Sequence record: OQ446694.1
Source: Escherichia phage Killian
Reading direction: 5' to 3' (one strand)
DNA: 64,000 bases
Part shown: one piece after another, positions 27,347 through 39,360 of the stretch
How positions within the stretch are numbered: the first letter of the stretch is position 1
How the letters are laid out: each line of letters opens with the position of its first letter
Program-made: the position numbers and the translations under genes
Notes under the pieces: generated by a model
Database searches by the model: none
Told to the model about the DNA's origin: nothing
The model's input: only the letters and a program-made list of their open reading frames with translations

Positions 27347-29057
27347 TAACCTTAATTGGTTTGTTGGTGTTGTTGAAGATAGAATGGACCCATTAAAATT
27401 AGGTCGTGTTCGTGTTCGTGTGGTTGGTCTGCATCCACCTCAAAGAGCACAAGGCGATGTAATGGGTATTCCAACTGATAAATTACCGTGGATGTCAGTT
27501 ATTCAACCTATAACTTCTGCAGCAATGTCTGGAATTGGAGGCTCCGTTACTGGTCCGGTAGAAGGAACTAGAGTCTATGGTCATTTTTTAGACAAATGGA
27601 AAACTAACGGAATTGTCCTTGGCACGTATGGTGGAATAGTTCGCGAAAAACCTAATAGACTTGAAGGATTTTCTGATCCGACTGGACAGTATCCTAGACG
27701 TCTAGGAAATGATACTAACGTATTAAACCAAGGCGGAGAAGTAGGATATGATTCGTCTTCTAATATTATCCAAGATAGCAATCTAGACACTGCGATAAAT
27801 CCTGATGATAGACCACTATCAGAGATTCCAACTGATGATAATCCAAATATGTCAATGGCTGAAATGCTTCGCCGCGATGAAGGATTAAGACTAAAAGTTT
27901 ATTGGGATACTGAAGGATATCCGACAATTGGTATTGGTCATCTTATCATGAAGCAGCCAGTTCGTGATATGACCCAAATTAATAAAGTTTTATCAAAACA
28001 AGTTGGTCGTGAAATTACCGGAAATCCAGGTTCTATTACAATGGAAGAAGCGGTAACTTTATTTGAACGTGATTTGGCTGATATGCAACGTGACATTAAA
28101 TCACATTCTAAAGTTGGCCCAGTTTGGCAAGCAGTTAATCGTTCTCGTCAAATGGCATTAGAAAATATGGCATTTCAGATGGGCGTTGGCGGTGTAGCTA
28201 AATTTAACACAATGTTAACTGCTATGTTAGCCGGAGATTGGGAAAAGGCATATAAAGCTGGTCGTGATTCATTGTGGTATCAACAAACAAAAGGCCGTGC
28301 ATCTCGTGTTACCATGATTATTCTTACAGGTAATTTGGAATCATACGGTATTGAAGTGAAAACACCGTCTAGGTCTTTGTCAGCAATGGCTGCTACTGTA
28401 GCAAAGTCTTCTGATCCAGCTGATCCTCCTATTCCGAATGATTCGAGAATTTTATTTAAAGAACCTGTTTCTTCATATAAAGGTGAATATCCGTATGTTC
28501 ACACGATGGAAACTGAAAGCGGTCATATTCAGGAATTTGATGATACCCCTGGGCAAGAACGATACAGATTAATTCATCCGACTGGAACATATGAGGAAGT
28601 ATCACCCTCAGGAAGAAGAACAAGAAAAACTGTTGATAATTTGTATGATATAACAAATGCTGATGGTAATTTTTTGGTAGCCGGTGATAAAAAGACTAAC
28701 GTCGGTGGGTCAGAAATTTATTACAACATGGATAATCGTCTCCACCAAATAGATGGAAGCAATACAATATTTGTACGTGGCGATGAAACTAAGACGGTTG
28801 AAGGTAATGGAACTATCTTAGTCAAAGGTAATGTTACTATTGTAGTTGAAGGTAATGCTGACATTACAGTTAAAGGAGATGCTACCACTTTAGTTGAAGG
28901 AAACCAGACTAATACAGTAAATGGAAATCTTTCTTGGAAAGTTGCTGGGACAGTTGATTGGGACGTTGGTGGTGATTGGACGGAAAAAATGGCATCTATG
29001 AGCTCTATTTCATCTGGTCAATACACAATTGATGGATCGAGGATTGACATTGGCTAA
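27330..29057 (+). CDS. 5: gp5 baseplate hub / cell-puncturing spike with lysozyme domain
   Basis: 575 aa; MEMISNNLNWFVGVVEDRMDPLKLGRVRVRV...; internal T4-lysozyme-like domain (MAEMLRRDEGLRLKVYWDTEGYPTIGIGH); C-terminal VxGxxxxx beta-helix repeats. Confidence 0.97.
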   Translation: MEMISNNLNWFVGVVEDRMDPLKLGRVRVRVVGLHPPQRAQGDVMGIPTDKLPWMSVIQPITSAAMSGIGGSVTGPVEGTRVYGHFLDKWKTNGIVLGTYGGIVREKPNRLEGFSDPTGQYPRRLGNDTNVLNQGGEVGYDSSSNIIQDSNLDTAINPDDRPLSEIPTDDNPNMSMAEMLRRDEGLRLKVYWDTEGYPTIGIGHLIMKQPVRDMTQINKVLSKQVGREITGNPGSITMEEAVTLFERDLADMQRDIKSHSKVGPVWQAVNRSRQMALENMAFQMGVGGVAKFNTMLTAMLAGDWEKAYKAGRDSLWYQQTKGRASRVTMIILTGNLESYGIEVKTPSRSLSAMAATVAKSSDPADPPIPNDSRILFKEPVSSYKGEYPYVHTMETESGHIQEFDDTPGQERYRLIHPTGTYEEVSPSGRRTRKTVDNLYDITNADGNFLVAGDKKTNVGGSEIYYNMDNRLHQIDGSNTIFVRGDETKTVEGNGTILVKGNVTIVVEGNADITVKGDATTLVEGNQTNTVNGNLSWKVAGTVDWDVGGDWTEKMASMSSISSGQYTIDGSRIDIG

Positions 29058-29067
29058 TATACTTCCA

Positions 29068-29586
29068 ATGAGCGCTGATTTAGGAGAATCCATGGAAGGT
29101 TCTTCTATCGACGTCACCTTTACCGCTCAATTAGAAACAGGTGAAACGTTAGTATCTATAAATATAACTAGTTACGAAGAAACTCCTGGAGTTTTAGTAG
29201 AAGAAAATCGTTTATATGGAACGTATGAATCTGTATTTGGATTTGGAAATGATGCGTTGAAATATCGTTTAGATAATGAATTTAAAACTGCTGCTTCATG
29301 GGAAGACCTTCCAACTGATTCTAATACCCAATTGTATTTATGGAAAGCTCCTCAGAACCTCCAGAAGACATTCACTTACGAAGTAACATTAATATATGAC
29401 TACCAAGAACAAAGTGAATCTGGAGGTTCTGGTAGTAATTCTAGGTCATCTTCTGATACCACTGAACCAACTGATCCTCCAGCTCCAATAAGAAAAACTC
29501 TTGTTAAAAATTACACAAAAACTATAGTTGGAAATTGGAGTCGTTGGGCTAATAAATTGAGAAGCTACGTGTATGAGAGGCAATAA
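29068..29586 (+). CDS. 5.1: gp5.1-position protein (start uncertain)
   Basis: ORF between gene 5 and 5.4; Ser/Gly-rich linker then basic C-terminus; first ATG after gp5 stop used. Confidence 0.55.
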
Positions 29587-29880
29587 ATGTCAGGATTAAG
29601 CTATGATAAGTGTGTTACTGCTGGCCATGAAGCATGGCCTCCAACAGTTGTGAATGCTACACAAAGTAAAGTATTCACTGGAGGAATTGCTGTTCTCGTA
29701 GCAGGCGATCCAATTACAGAACATACAGAAATTAAAAAGCCATATGAAACACATGGCGGAGTGACACAACCTAGAACTTCTAAGGTATATGTCACTGGAA
29801 AGAAAGCTGTTCAAATGGCTGATCCAATATCATGCGGTGATACTGTGGCTCAGGCATCATCTAAAGTATTCATTAAATAG
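29587..29880 (+). CDS. 5.4: gp5.4 PAAR-repeat spike-tip protein
   Basis: 97 aa, position directly after 5.1 and before gene 6. Confidence 0.85.
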
Positions 29881-29888
29881 GATTTAAA

Positions 29889-31871
29889 ATGGCAAATACC
29901 CCTGTAAATTATCAATTAACAAGAACAGCAAATGCTATTCCCGAGATATTCGTCGGGGGTACATTTGCTGAAATAAAACAAAACCTCATTGAATGGCTTA
30001 ATGGCCAAAATGAATTTTTGGATTATGATTTTGAAGGCTCAAGATTAAACGTTCTGTGTGACCTTTTGGCTTATAATACATTGTACATTCAGCAGTTTGG
30101 TAATGCTGCCTTGTATGAAAGCTTTATGCGTACTGCTAATTTACGTAGTTCAGTAGTTCAAGCTGCACAAGATAATGGATATTTACCTACTTCAAAATCA
30201 GCTGCTCAAACTGAAATTATGCTAACTTGTACAGACGCATTGAATAGAAATTATATTACTATTCCTCGTGGTACTCGCTTTTTAGCATATGCAAAGGATA
30301 CTTCCGTTAATCCTTACAACTTTGTATCTACCGAAGATGTTATTGCTATTCGTGATAAAAATAACCAATATTTTCCACGTTTAAAATTGGCCCAGGGACG
30401 TATAGTAAGAACTGAAATCATTTATGATAAATTAACACCTATTATCATTTATGACAAAAATATAGATAGAAACCAAGTTAAACTATACGTTGATGGAGCA
30501 GAATGGATTAACTGGACAAGAAAGTCAATGGTTCATGCTGGTTCTACATCAACAATTTACTACATGCGTGAAACTATTGATGGAAATACTGAGTTTTATT
30601 TTGGTGAAGGCGAGATTTCTGTTAATGCGGCAGAAGGAGCATTGACTGCTAATTATATTGGAGGTCTTAAACCTACCCAGAACTCTACGATTGTTATTGA
30701 GTACATCAGTACTAACGGTGCAGATGCGAATGGCGCAGTCGGATTTTCATATGCAGATACATTAACAAATATAACTGTCATCAACATTAATGAAAATCCA
30801 AACGATGACCCAGATTTTGTTGGGGCAGATGGCGGCGGTGATCCAGAAGATATTGAACGTATTCGTGAATTGGGTACTATTAAACGCGAGACCCAGCAAC
30901 GCTGCGTAACTGCGACTGACTATGATACATTCGTTTCAGAGAGATTTGGTTCTATTATTCAAGCAGTTCAGACTTTCACTGATTCTACTAAACCTGGTTA
31001 TGCATTTATTGCCGCTAAACCTAAATCAGGACTATATTTAACTACTGTACAGCGCGAAGATATTAAAAATTATCTCAAAGACTATAATTTAGCTCCTATT
31101 ACGCCATCAATTATTTCTCCTAATTACCTTTTTATTAAGACTAATTTAAAAGTCACATATGCTTTAAATAAGCTGCAAGAATCCGAACAGTGGCTCGAAG
31201 GTCAAATAATTGATAAAATTGATCGTTATTATACCGAAGATGTAGAAATTTTTAACTCATCTTTCGCTAAATCTAAGATGTTGACATATGTAGATGATGC
31301 AGATCATTCTATCATTGGCTCATCAGCGACAATTCAAATTGTTCGTGAAGTACAAAACTTCTATAAAACGCCTGAAGCAGGTATTAAATACAATAATCAA
31401 ATAAAAGATCGTTCTATGGAATCTAATACGTTTTCATTTAATTCTGGACGAAAGGTTGTAAATCCTGATACTGGTTTAGAAGAAGATGTATTATATGACG
31501 TTCGCATAGTATCAACAGACCGAAATTCTAAAGGAATTGGTAAAGTTATTATTGGTCCATTTGCTTCTGGCGATGTTACAGAAAATAAAAACATTCGTCC
31601 ATATACAGGAAACGATTTTAACAAATTAGCAAATTCTGATGGACGCGACAAATACTATGTTATCGGTGAAATAAATTATCCAGCTGATGTGATTTATTGG
31701 AATATCGCTAAAATTAATTTAACATCTGAAAAATTTGAAGTTCAGACCATTGAATTATATTCTGACCCAACCGATGATGTTATCTTTACTCGCGATGGTT
31801 CACTGATTGTATTTGAAAATGACTTACGTCCACAATACTTAACTATCGATTTGGAGCCTATATCACAATGA
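29889..31871 (+). CDS. 6: gp6 baseplate wedge subunit
   Basis: 660 aa, matches T4 gp6. Confidence 0.95.
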   Translation: MANTPVNYQLTRTANAIPEIFVGGTFAEIKQNLIEWLNGQNEFLDYDFEGSRLNVLCDLLAYNTLYIQQFGNAALYESFMRTANLRSSVVQAAQDNGYLPTSKSAAQTEIMLTCTDALNRNYITIPRGTRFLAYAKDTSVNPYNFVSTEDVIAIRDKNNQYFPRLKLAQGRIVRTEIIYDKLTPIIIYDKNIDRNQVKLYVDGAEWINWTRKSMVHAGSTSTIYYMRETIDGNTEFYFGEGEISVNAAEGALTANYIGGLKPTQNSTIVIEYISTNGADANGAVGFSYADTLTNITVININENPNDDPDFVGADGGGDPEDIERIRELGTIKRETQQRCVTATDYDTFVSERFGSIIQAVQTFTDSTKPGYAFIAAKPKSGLYLTTVQREDIKNYLKDYNLAPITPSIISPNYLFIKTNLKVTYALNKLQESEQWLEGQIIDKIDRYYTEDVEIFNSSFAKSKMLTYVDDADHSIIGSSATIQIVREVQNFYKTPEAGIKYNNQIKDRSMESNTFSFNSGRKVVNPDTGLEEDVLYDVRIVSTDRNSKGIGKVIIGPFASGDVTENKNIRPYTGNDFNKLANSDGRDKYYVIGEINYPADVIYWNIAKINLTSEKFEVQTIELYSDPTDDVIFTRDGSLIVFENDLRPQYLTIDLEPISQ

Positions 31872-34800
31872 CAGTAAAAGCACCTTCAGTCACTAGTCTC
31901 AGAATTTCCAAGTTATCCGCAAATCAGGTGCAAGTACGCTGGGATGACGTTGGTGCTAATTTCTACTATTTTGTAGAAATCGCTGAGACAAAGACAGACT
32001 CGGGGGAAAATCTCCCGAGTAATCAATATAGATGGATTAACTTAGGATATACTGCAAATAACAGCTTCTTTTTTGACGATGCTGACCCATTGACATCATA
32101 CATTATTAGAGTAGCTACAGCTGCACAAGATTTTGAGCAGTCTGATTGGATTTATACCGAAGAGTTTGAAACTTTTGCTACAAATGCTTATACATTTCAA
32201 AACATGATTGAAATGCAATTAGCTAATAAATTCATTCAGGAAAAATTTACTCTTAATAATTCTGACTATGTTAATTTTAATAATGACACTATAATGGCTG
32301 CATTGATGAATGAATCATTCCAATTCAGCCCATCATATGCTGATGTTTCATCAATAAGTAATTTTATTATTGGTGAAAATGAGTATCATGAAATACAAGG
32401 TTCTATTCAGCAAGTATGTAAGGATATTAATCGAGTTTATTTGATGGAATCAGAAGGGATTCTATATCTTTTTGAGCGTTATCAACCTGTAGTTAAAGTA
32501 TCCAATGATAAAGGTCAAACCTGGAAAGCTGTAAAGCTCTTCAATGACCGTGTAGGATATCCTTTATCTAAGACTGTATATTACCAATCTGCGAGCACAA
32601 CATATGTTCTAGGATACGACAAGATTTTCTATGGCCGCAAATCTACTGATGTTAGATGGTCAGCTGATGATGTCAGATTTAGTTCGCAGGACATAACATT
32701 CGCTAAACTTGGTGATCAACTTCATTTGGGATTTGATGTTGAAATCTTTGGTACTTATGCTACATTACCTGCAAATGTGTATCGTATAGCTGAAGCTATT
32801 ACTTGCACCGATGATTACATTTACGTTGTCGCCAGAGACAAAGTTAGATACATAAAAACGAGCAATGCACCTATAGATTCTGATCCATTATCTCCAACAT
32901 ATTCAGAAAGGCTATTTGAACCTGATACAATGACTATAACTGGAAATCCTAAAGCAGTATGCTATAAAATGGATTCTATTGGTGATAAAGTTTTTGCTCT
33001 TATTATCGGTGAAGTTGAAACATTAAATGCTAATCCTAGAACGTCAAAAATAATTGATTCTGCTGATAAAGGAATATATGTTTTAAATCATGACACAAAA
33101 ACGTGGAAAAGAGTTTTTGGCAACACTGAAGAAGAAAGAAGACGTATTCAACCTGGGTATGCGAATATGTCAACTGATGGTAAATTAGTTTCTCTATCTT
33201 CGAGTAATTTTAAATTTTTAAGTGATAATATTGTTAATGACCCTGAAACTGTAGCAAAATATCAGTTAATCGGTGCCGTTAAATATGAATTTCCTCGTGA
33301 ATGGTTAGCTGATAAGCATTATCATATGATGGCATTTATAGCAGATGAAAAGTCTGATTGGGAAACTTTTACGCCTCAGCCGATGAAATACTATGCAGAA
33401 CCATTCTTTAACTGGTCTAAAAAGTCTAATACACGGTGCTGGATAAACAACTCTAATAGGGCTGTGGTAGTTTATGCAGATTTAAAATATACTAAAGTTA
33501 TTGAAAATTTTCCAGAAACATCGCCAGATAGATTAGTTCATGAATACTGGGATGACGGCGATTGCACTATAGTAATGCCAAACGTTAAATTCACGGGATT
33601 TAAAAAATATGCGTCTGGGATGCTTTTTTATAAATCCTCTGGTGAAATAATTTCTTATTATGATTTTAACTATCGAGTGAGAGACACGGTTGAAATAATT
33701 TGGAAGCCAACTGGAATATTTTTAAAAGCATTTTTACAAAACCAAGAGCATGAAACTCCTTGGTCACCAGAAGAAGAGCATGGATTAGCTGACCCTGATT
33801 TAAGACCATTGATTGGCACAATGATGCCTGATTCTTATTTACTACAAGATTCGAATTTTGAGGCATTTTGCGAAGCATATATTCAATATCTTTCTGATGG
33901 ATATGGAACTCAGTATAACAATTTACGAAATTTAATTCGTAACAAATATCCACGAGAAGAGCATGCATGGGAATATTTGTGGTCAGAGATATATAAAAGA
34001 AACATTTATTTAAATGCTGACAAACGTGATGCTGTTGCAAGATTTTTTGAATCACGTAGCTATGATTTTTATTCTACTAAAGGAATTGAAGCATCATATA
34101 AATTTCTTTTTAAAGTTCTTTATAATGAAGAAGTTGAAATTGAAATTGAATCTGGTGCTGGTACTGAATACGATATAATCGTTCAATCTGATTCTTTAAC
34201 TGAAGATTTGGTAGGACAAACGATTTATACAGCTACAGGAAGATGTAATGTTACTTATATAGAAAGAAGTTATTCTAATGGTAAATTGCAATGGACCGTA
34301 ACTATTCATAATCTTTTGGGAAGATTAATTGCTGGTCAAGAAGTTAAAGCAGAAAGACTTCCGAGTTTTGAAGGCGAAATTATTCGTGGTGTTAAAGGAA
34401 AGGATTTGCTTCAAAATAATATAGACTATATTAATAGAAGCCGATCATATTATGTAATGAAAATTAAATCCAATTTACCTTCTTCTCGCTGGAAATCTGA
34501 CGTTATTCGTTTTGTTCATCCAGTAGGATTTGGATTTATAGCAATTACCCTTTTAACGATGTTTATTAATGTTGGTTTAACTCTTAAACACACAGAGACT
34601 ATAATTAATAAATACAAAAACTACAAATGGGATTCTGGATTGCCTACTGAATATGCTGATAGAGTAGCTAAATTAACTCCAACTGGTGAAATTGAACATG
34701 ATTCAGTAACAGGAGAAGCAATTTATGAACCTGGCCCAATGGCTGGTGTAAAATATCCTCTTCCTGATGACTATAATGCTGAAAATAATAATTCAATATT

Positions 34801-34966
34801 TCAAGGTCAATTGCCTTCTGAACGACGCAAGTTAATGAGTCCTCTATTTGACGCATCTGGAACAACATTTGCACAGTTTAGGGATTTAGTTAATAAACGT
34901 CTAAAAGATAATATAGGAAATCCAAGAGACCCTGAAAATCCAACACAGGTTAAAATAGATGAATGA
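31868..34966 (+). CDS. 7: gp7 baseplate wedge initiator
   Basis: 1032 aa, matches T4 gp7. Confidence 0.95.
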   Translation: MTVKAPSVTSLRISKLSANQVQVRWDDVGANFYYFVEIAETKTDSGENLPSNQYRWINLGYTANNSFFFDDADPLTSYIIRVATAAQDFEQSDWIYTEEFETFATNAYTFQNMIEMQLANKFIQEKFTLNNSDYVNFNNDTIMAALMNESFQFSPSYADVSSISNFIIGENEYHEIQGSIQQVCKDINRVYLMESEGILYLFERYQPVVKVSNDKGQTWKAVKLFNDRVGYPLSKTVYYQSASTTYVLGYDKIFYGRKSTDVRWSADDVRFSSQDITFAKLGDQLHLGFDVEIFGTYATLPANVYRIAEAITCTDDYIYVVARDKVRYIKTSNAPIDSDPLSPTYSERLFEPDTMTITGNPKAVCYKMDSIGDKVFALIIGEVETLNANPRTSKIIDSADKGIYVLNHDTKTWKRVFGNTEEERRRIQPGYANMSTDGKLVSLSSSNFKFLSDNIVNDPETVAKYQLIGAVKYEFPREWLADKHYHMMAFIADEKSDWETFTPQPMKYYAEPFFNWSKKSNTRCWINNSNRAVVVYADLKYTKVIENFPETSPDRLVHEYWDDGDCTIVMPNVKFTGFKKYASGMLFYKSSGEIISYYDFNYRVRDTVEIIWKPTGIFLKAFLQNQEHETPWSPEEEHGLADPDLRPLIGTMMPDSYLLQDSNFEAFCEAYIQYLSDGYGTQYNNLRNLIRNKYPREEHAWEYLWSEIYKRNIYLNADKRDAVARFFESRSYDFYSTKGIEASYKFLFKVLYNEEVEIEIESGAGTEYDIIVQSDSLTEDLVGQTIYTATGRCNVTYIERSYSNGKLQWTVTIHNLLGRLIAGQEVKAERLPSFEGEIIRGVKGKDLLQNNIDYINRSRSYYVMKIKSNLPSSRWKSDVIRFVHPVGFGFIAITLLTMFINVGLTLKHTETIINKYKNYKWDSGLPTEYADRVAKLTPTGEIEHDSVTGEAIYEPGPMAGVKYPLPDDYNAENNNSIFQGQLPSERRKLMSPLFDASGTTFAQFRDLVNKRLKDNIGNPRDPENPTQVKIDE

Positions 34967-35963
34967 TTCAAGTGTTATCTATCGTGCGATAGTTACTTCA
35001 AAATTTAGAACAGAAAAAATGTTGAATTTTTATAATTCAATTGGGAGTGGTCCGGATAAAAACACTATCTTTATCACATTTGGAAGATCAGAACCGTGGT
35101 CATCAAATGAAAATGAGGTGGGCTTTGCTCCACCTTATCCAACTGATTCTGTATTGGGTGTAACTGACATGTGGACTCATATGATGGGAACCGTAAAGGT
35201 TCTTCCATCTATGCTTGATGCGGTTATTCCTCGTAGAGATTGGGGAGATACTAGATATCCGGATCCATACACATTTAGAATTAACGATATTGTAGTATGT
35301 AACTCAGCTCCTTACAATGCTACTGAATCAGGCGCAGGCTGGCTAGTATATCGTTGTTTAGATGTTCCTGACACAGGAACATGCTCAATAACATCTTTGA
35401 CTGACAAGGATGAATGTATTAAGTTAGGTGGAAAATGGACTCCTTCTGTTAGGTCAATGACTCCTCCTGAAGGTCGAGGAGACGCGGAAGGAACAATCGA
35501 ACCTGGAGACGGATATGTTTGGGAATATCTTTTTGAGATTCCGCCTGATGTATCTATAAATAGATGCACAAATGAATATATCGTAGTTCCTTGGCCTGAG
35601 GAATTAAAAGAAGACCCTGCTAGATGGGGGTATGAAGATAATCTCACTTGGCAACAAGATGATTTTGGATTAATTTATCGCGTTAAGGCAAATACTATCC
35701 GTTTTAAAGCATATTTAGATTCAGTTTACTTTCCTGATGCTGCATTACCGGGAAATAAAGGATTTAGACAAATATCAATAATCACCAATCCTCTTGAAGC
35801 TAAAGTTCATCCAAATGACCCAAACGTTAAAGCTGAAAAGGATTATTATGATCCGGAAGATTTAATGAGGCATTCGGGCGAAATGATTTATATGGAAAAT
35901 AGGCCACCTATTATCATGGCAATGGATCAAACAGAAGAAATCAATATTCTGTTTACATTTTAA
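34959..35963 (+). CDS. 8: gp8 baseplate wedge subunit
   Basis: 334 aa, matches T4 gp8. Confidence 0.95.
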   Translation: MNDSSVIYRAIVTSKFRTEKMLNFYNSIGSGPDKNTIFITFGRSEPWSSNENEVGFAPPYPTDSVLGVTDMWTHMMGTVKVLPSMLDAVIPRRDWGDTRYPDPYTFRINDIVVCNSAPYNATESGAGWLVYRCLDVPDTGTCSITSLTDKDECIKLGGKWTPSVRSMTPPEGRGDAEGTIEPGDGYVWEYLFEIPPDVSINRCTNEYIVVPWPEELKEDPARWGYEDNLTWQQDDFGLIYRVKANTIRFKAYLDSVYFPDAALPGNKGFRQISIITNPLEAKVHPNDPNVKAEKDYYDPEDLMRHSGEMIYMENRPPIIMAMDQTEEINILFTF

Positions 35964-35968
35964 ATTAA

Positions 35969-35994
35969 GGGAGCCCATGGGCTCCCTTTTTTTT
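35969..35994 (+). terminator. Rho-independent terminator after gene 8 (GGGAGCCC-AT-GGGCTCCC plus T8)
   Basis: 8-bp perfect palindrome followed by tttttttt. Confidence 0.85.
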
Positions 35995-35997
35995 CTT

Positions 35998-36005
35998 TAT
36001 AAATA
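35998..36005 (+). promoter_or_regulatory. Late promoter (TATAAATA) for gene 9
   Basis: Exact motif 25 nt upstream of ATG 36030. Confidence 0.75.
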
Positions 36006-36029
36006 CTATAAACTCATAAGGAAACCGCT

Positions 36030-36896
36030 ATGTTCATTCAAGAACCAAAGAAATTGATTGATACCGGCGAAATTGGTAACGCTTCTACTGGTGATATCTT
36101 ATTCGACGGTGGTAATAAAATTAATAGTGATTTTAACGCAATTTATAATGCGTTTGGCGATCAGCGCAAAATGGCAGTAGCAAATGGCACTGGAGCAAAT
36201 GGCCAAATTATCCATGCTACTGGATATTATCAAAAGCACTCTATAGCAGAGTACGCAACTCCAGTAAAAGTTGGCACTAGACATGATATTGATACCTCTA
36301 CTGTAGGTGTTAAAGTTATCATTGAAAAAGGCGAACTTGGCGACTGTGTTGAATTTATTAACTCAAATGGATCAATATCAGTTACTAATCCTTTAACAAT
36401 TCAGGCTATTGATTCAATCAAAGGTGTTTCGGGTAATTTGGTAGTAACTAGCCCATATAGTAAAGTTACTTTACGATGTATTTCATCTGATAATTCTACA
36501 TCTGTTTGGAATTATTCTATTGAAAGTATGTTTGGACAAAAGGAATCACCAGCTGAAGGTACATGGAATATTTCTACATCTGGATCAGTTGACATTCCAC
36601 TATTTCACCGTACTGAATATAACATGGCTAAATTGTTAGTTACGTGCCAATCGATAGATGGAAGAAAAATTAAAACAGCAGAAATAAATATTCTTGTGGA
36701 TAATGTTAATTCAGAGGTCATTTCTTCTGAATATGCTGTCATGCGAGTTGGGAATGAAACTGAAGAAGACGAAATCGCTAATATTGCATTTAGTATTAAA
36801 ACAAATTATGTAACAGCGACTATAAGTTCTTCAACTGTCGGTATGAGAGCAGCAGTTAAAGTTATCGCTACGCAGAAAATCGGGGTGGCTCAATAA
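36030..36896 (+). CDS. 9: gp9 baseplate protein, long-tail-fibre socket
   Basis: 288 aa, matches T4 gp9. Confidence 0.95.
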   Translation: MFIQEPKKLIDTGEIGNASTGDILFDGGNKINSDFNAIYNAFGDQRKMAVANGTGANGQIIHATGYYQKHSIAEYATPVKVGTRHDIDTSTVGVKVIIEKGELGDCVEFINSNGSISVTNPLTIQAIDSIKGVSGNLVVTSPYSKVTLRCISSDNSTSVWNYSIESMFGQKESPAEGTWNISTSGSVDIPLFHRTEYNMAKLLVTCQSIDGRKIKTAEINILVDNVNSEVISSEYAVMRVGNETEEDEIANIAFSIKTNYVTATISSSTVGMRAAVKVIATQKIGVAQ

Positions 36897-38701
36897 TGAA
36901 ACAAAATATTAATATCGGTAATGTTGTTGATGATGGTACCGGTGACTACCTGCGTAAAGGTGGTATAAAAATAAATGAAAACTTTGATGAACTTTATTAT
37001 GAACTTGGTGATGGAGATGTTCCATATTCAGCCGGTGCCTGGAAAACTTATAATGCTTCATCCGGTCAAACATTAAAAGCTAAGTGGGGAAAATCATACG
37101 CTATTAATACCTCTTCTGGAAGAGTAACTTTACAACTTCCTAAAGGAACTGTTAATGATTATAATAAAGTAATTAGAGCTAGGGATGTATTTGCAACATG
37201 GAACATTAATCCAGTTACTTTAGTAGCTGCTTCTGGGGATACAATTAAAGGGTCGTCATCGTCAGTTGAAATTAATATTCAATTTAGTGATTTAGAGCTC
37301 GTTTATTGCGCTCCAGGACGTTGGGAGTATGTCAAAAACAAACAAATTGATAAAATTATTAGTTCAGATATTAGTAATGTAGCTCGCAAAGAATTTTTAG
37401 TAGAAGTTCAAGGACAAACTGACTTTTTAGATGTTTTCCATGGAACTAGTTATAATGTCAATAACATCAGAGTAAAACACCGCGGTAACGAATTATATTA
37501 CGGCGATGTATTTAGTGAAAACAGTGACTTTGGCTCTCCGGGGGAAAATGAAGGAGAATTAATTCCTCTTGATGGATTTAATATTAGGTTAAGACAGCCT
37601 TGTAATATTGGCGACACTGTTCAAATTGAAACGTTTATGGATGGTGTATCACAATGGAGAAGTTCATATACAAGACGCCAAATAAAAGTACTAGATTCAA
37701 AACTAACATCAAAGACTTCTTTAGAAGGAAGCATTTATGTTACTGATTTATCGGCGATGAAATCAATTCCATTCTCTGCGTTTGGATTAATTCCTGGCGA
37801 ACCCATTAATCCTAATTCTCTCGAGGTTCGTTTTAATGGAATTTTACAGCAACAGGCTGGAACAGCTGGGTATCCTCTGTTTTTGTGCGAAGGCGCTAAT
37901 TCAGATACGCAAGAAGGATGTATATCTCTTGGTGGCGAATGGAAAGAATCAAACACAGATTATTCTATAGAATATGAAGATGGAAAACCTACCAGTCTTT
38001 TATTTGATAGAAAATTTGAATCAGGCGATATAATCGTTATAACGTGGTTCAATAATGATTTAGGAACTCTTTTAGAAAAAGATGACATCATTGAATTGAC
38101 TGATGACCGTTATGTTAGCAAAGGATCGTCTACCGAAGTTACTGGCGATGTAGCTTTAACAGATTTTGATAAAATTGGTTGGCCAAATGTTGAAAAAGTT
38201 GATTCTTATACTAGAACGTATAATTCAATATCATCTATTTTCGATAGCATTTATCCTGTAGGTTCAATTTATGAAAATGCTATAAACCCAAATAATCCGG
38301 TGACTTATATGGGGTTTGGTTCATGGAAATTATTTGGTAAAGGACAAGTTTTAGTAGGATGGAATGATGATGTTACGGATCCAAACTTTGCTTTAAACAA
38401 TAATGATTTAGATTCTAGTGGAAATCCTTCACACACTGCCGGTGGAACAGTTGGAACAACATCAGTAACGCTTGAAAACGCAAATCTTCCTGCGACTAAA
38501 ACTGATGAAAGAGTTTTAATTGAAGATGAAAATGGATCAGTTATTATTGGAGGTTGTCAATATGACCCAGATGAAACTGGTCCTATATATACAAAATATC
38601 GTGAAGACTATGCAACAACAAACTCTTCACATACTCCTCCTACTAATATTAGTAATATTCAACCGTCTATTACTGTATACCGTTGGATAAGGATTGCATA
38701 A
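36896..38701 (+). CDS. 10: gp10 baseplate wedge / tail-pin subunit
   Basis: 601 aa, matches T4 gp10. Confidence 0.95.
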   Translation: MKQNINIGNVVDDGTGDYLRKGGIKINENFDELYYELGDGDVPYSAGAWKTYNASSGQTLKAKWGKSYAINTSSGRVTLQLPKGTVNDYNKVIRARDVFATWNINPVTLVAASGDTIKGSSSSVEINIQFSDLELVYCAPGRWEYVKNKQIDKIISSDISNVARKEFLVEVQGQTDFLDVFHGTSYNVNNIRVKHRGNELYYGDVFSENSDFGSPGENEGELIPLDGFNIRLRQPCNIGDTVQIETFMDGVSQWRSSYTRRQIKVLDSKLTSKTSLEGSIYVTDLSAMKSIPFSAFGLIPGEPINPNSLEVRFNGILQQQAGTAGYPLFLCEGANSDTQEGCISLGGEWKESNTDYSIEYEDGKPTSLLFDRKFESGDIIVITWFNNDLGTLLEKDDIIELTDDRYVSKGSSTEVTGDVALTDFDKIGWPNVEKVDSYTRTYNSISSIFDSIYPVGSIYENAINPNNPVTYMGFGSWKLFGKGQVLVGWNDDVTDPNFALNNNDLDSSGNPSHTAGGTVGTTSVTLENANLPATKTDERVLIEDENGSVIIGGCQYDPDETGPIYTKYREDYATTNSSHTPPTNISNIQPSITVYRWIRIA

Positions 38702-39360
38702 TGAGTTTACTTAATAATAAAGCGGGAGTTATTTCCCGCTTAGCGGATTTTCTTGGTTTTAGAACTAAGAAAAATGATATTTCGATTATGAATAATCAGC
38801 CAGTAGGCGCTGTAACAATTTCACAAATATCAAAAGGTTTTTATGATTCAAATGTAGAATCTGCTATCAATGACGTTAGAAATATGGCAGAGCAGCCGGT
38901 TGGAGCTGTATTAGTTAATATAAGCGGCGTATCTCCTACTGGCGTGCAACAAACCGACTATTGGTCATTTGAAGGAACTGTTACTGATACTTCAGTCAAA
39001 TCAGGTGACCCAGTTATTGTTAACATGTTTGGTATTCCAGTTAAAGCTACTAATGGAATGACTTCAATTGAATTTACTAGTGCCGTTAGAATAGCTCTAC
39101 AGGAAATGGTTGTAAAATTTATTGCAATTGATTCATTTGAAGACCATCCTACCATAGGAAATAAAATACAAGTTAAGTATTTAGATAACCAAGAACATAT
39201 CTTAGAACAATACTCTGATAAAGGAATTACTTTCAAACAGGAAATAATTTCTCCTTCTAAACCTGGGTATGGAACTTGGCAATTATTAGGTGCGCAAACT
39301 GTTACGCTAGATAGTCACACACAACCTACAGTATTTTATTATTTTGAGAGAGTAGCATGA
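38701..39360 (+). CDS. 11: gp11 baseplate wedge / tail-pin subunit
   Basis: 219 aa from ATG overlapping gp10 stop (TAATG); [14 protein letters not shown]... Confidence 0.93.
   Translation: MSLLNNKAGVISRLADFLGFRTKKNDISIMNNQPVGAVTISQISKGFYDSNVESAINDVRNMAEQPVGAVLVNISGVSPTGVQQTDYWSFEGTVTDTSVKSGDPVIVNMFGIPVKATNGMTSIEFTSAVRIALQEMVVKFIAIDSFEDHPTIGNKIQVKYLDNQEHILEQYSDKGITFKQEIISPSKPGYGTWQLLGAQTVTLDSHTQPTVFYYFERVA

Noticed and set aside
28780-28990. Periodic sequence in the 3' part of gene 5
   Set aside because: This is the known octapeptide (VxGxxxxx) beta-helix repeat of the gp5 needle, read in frame within the gene, not an independent repeat element.
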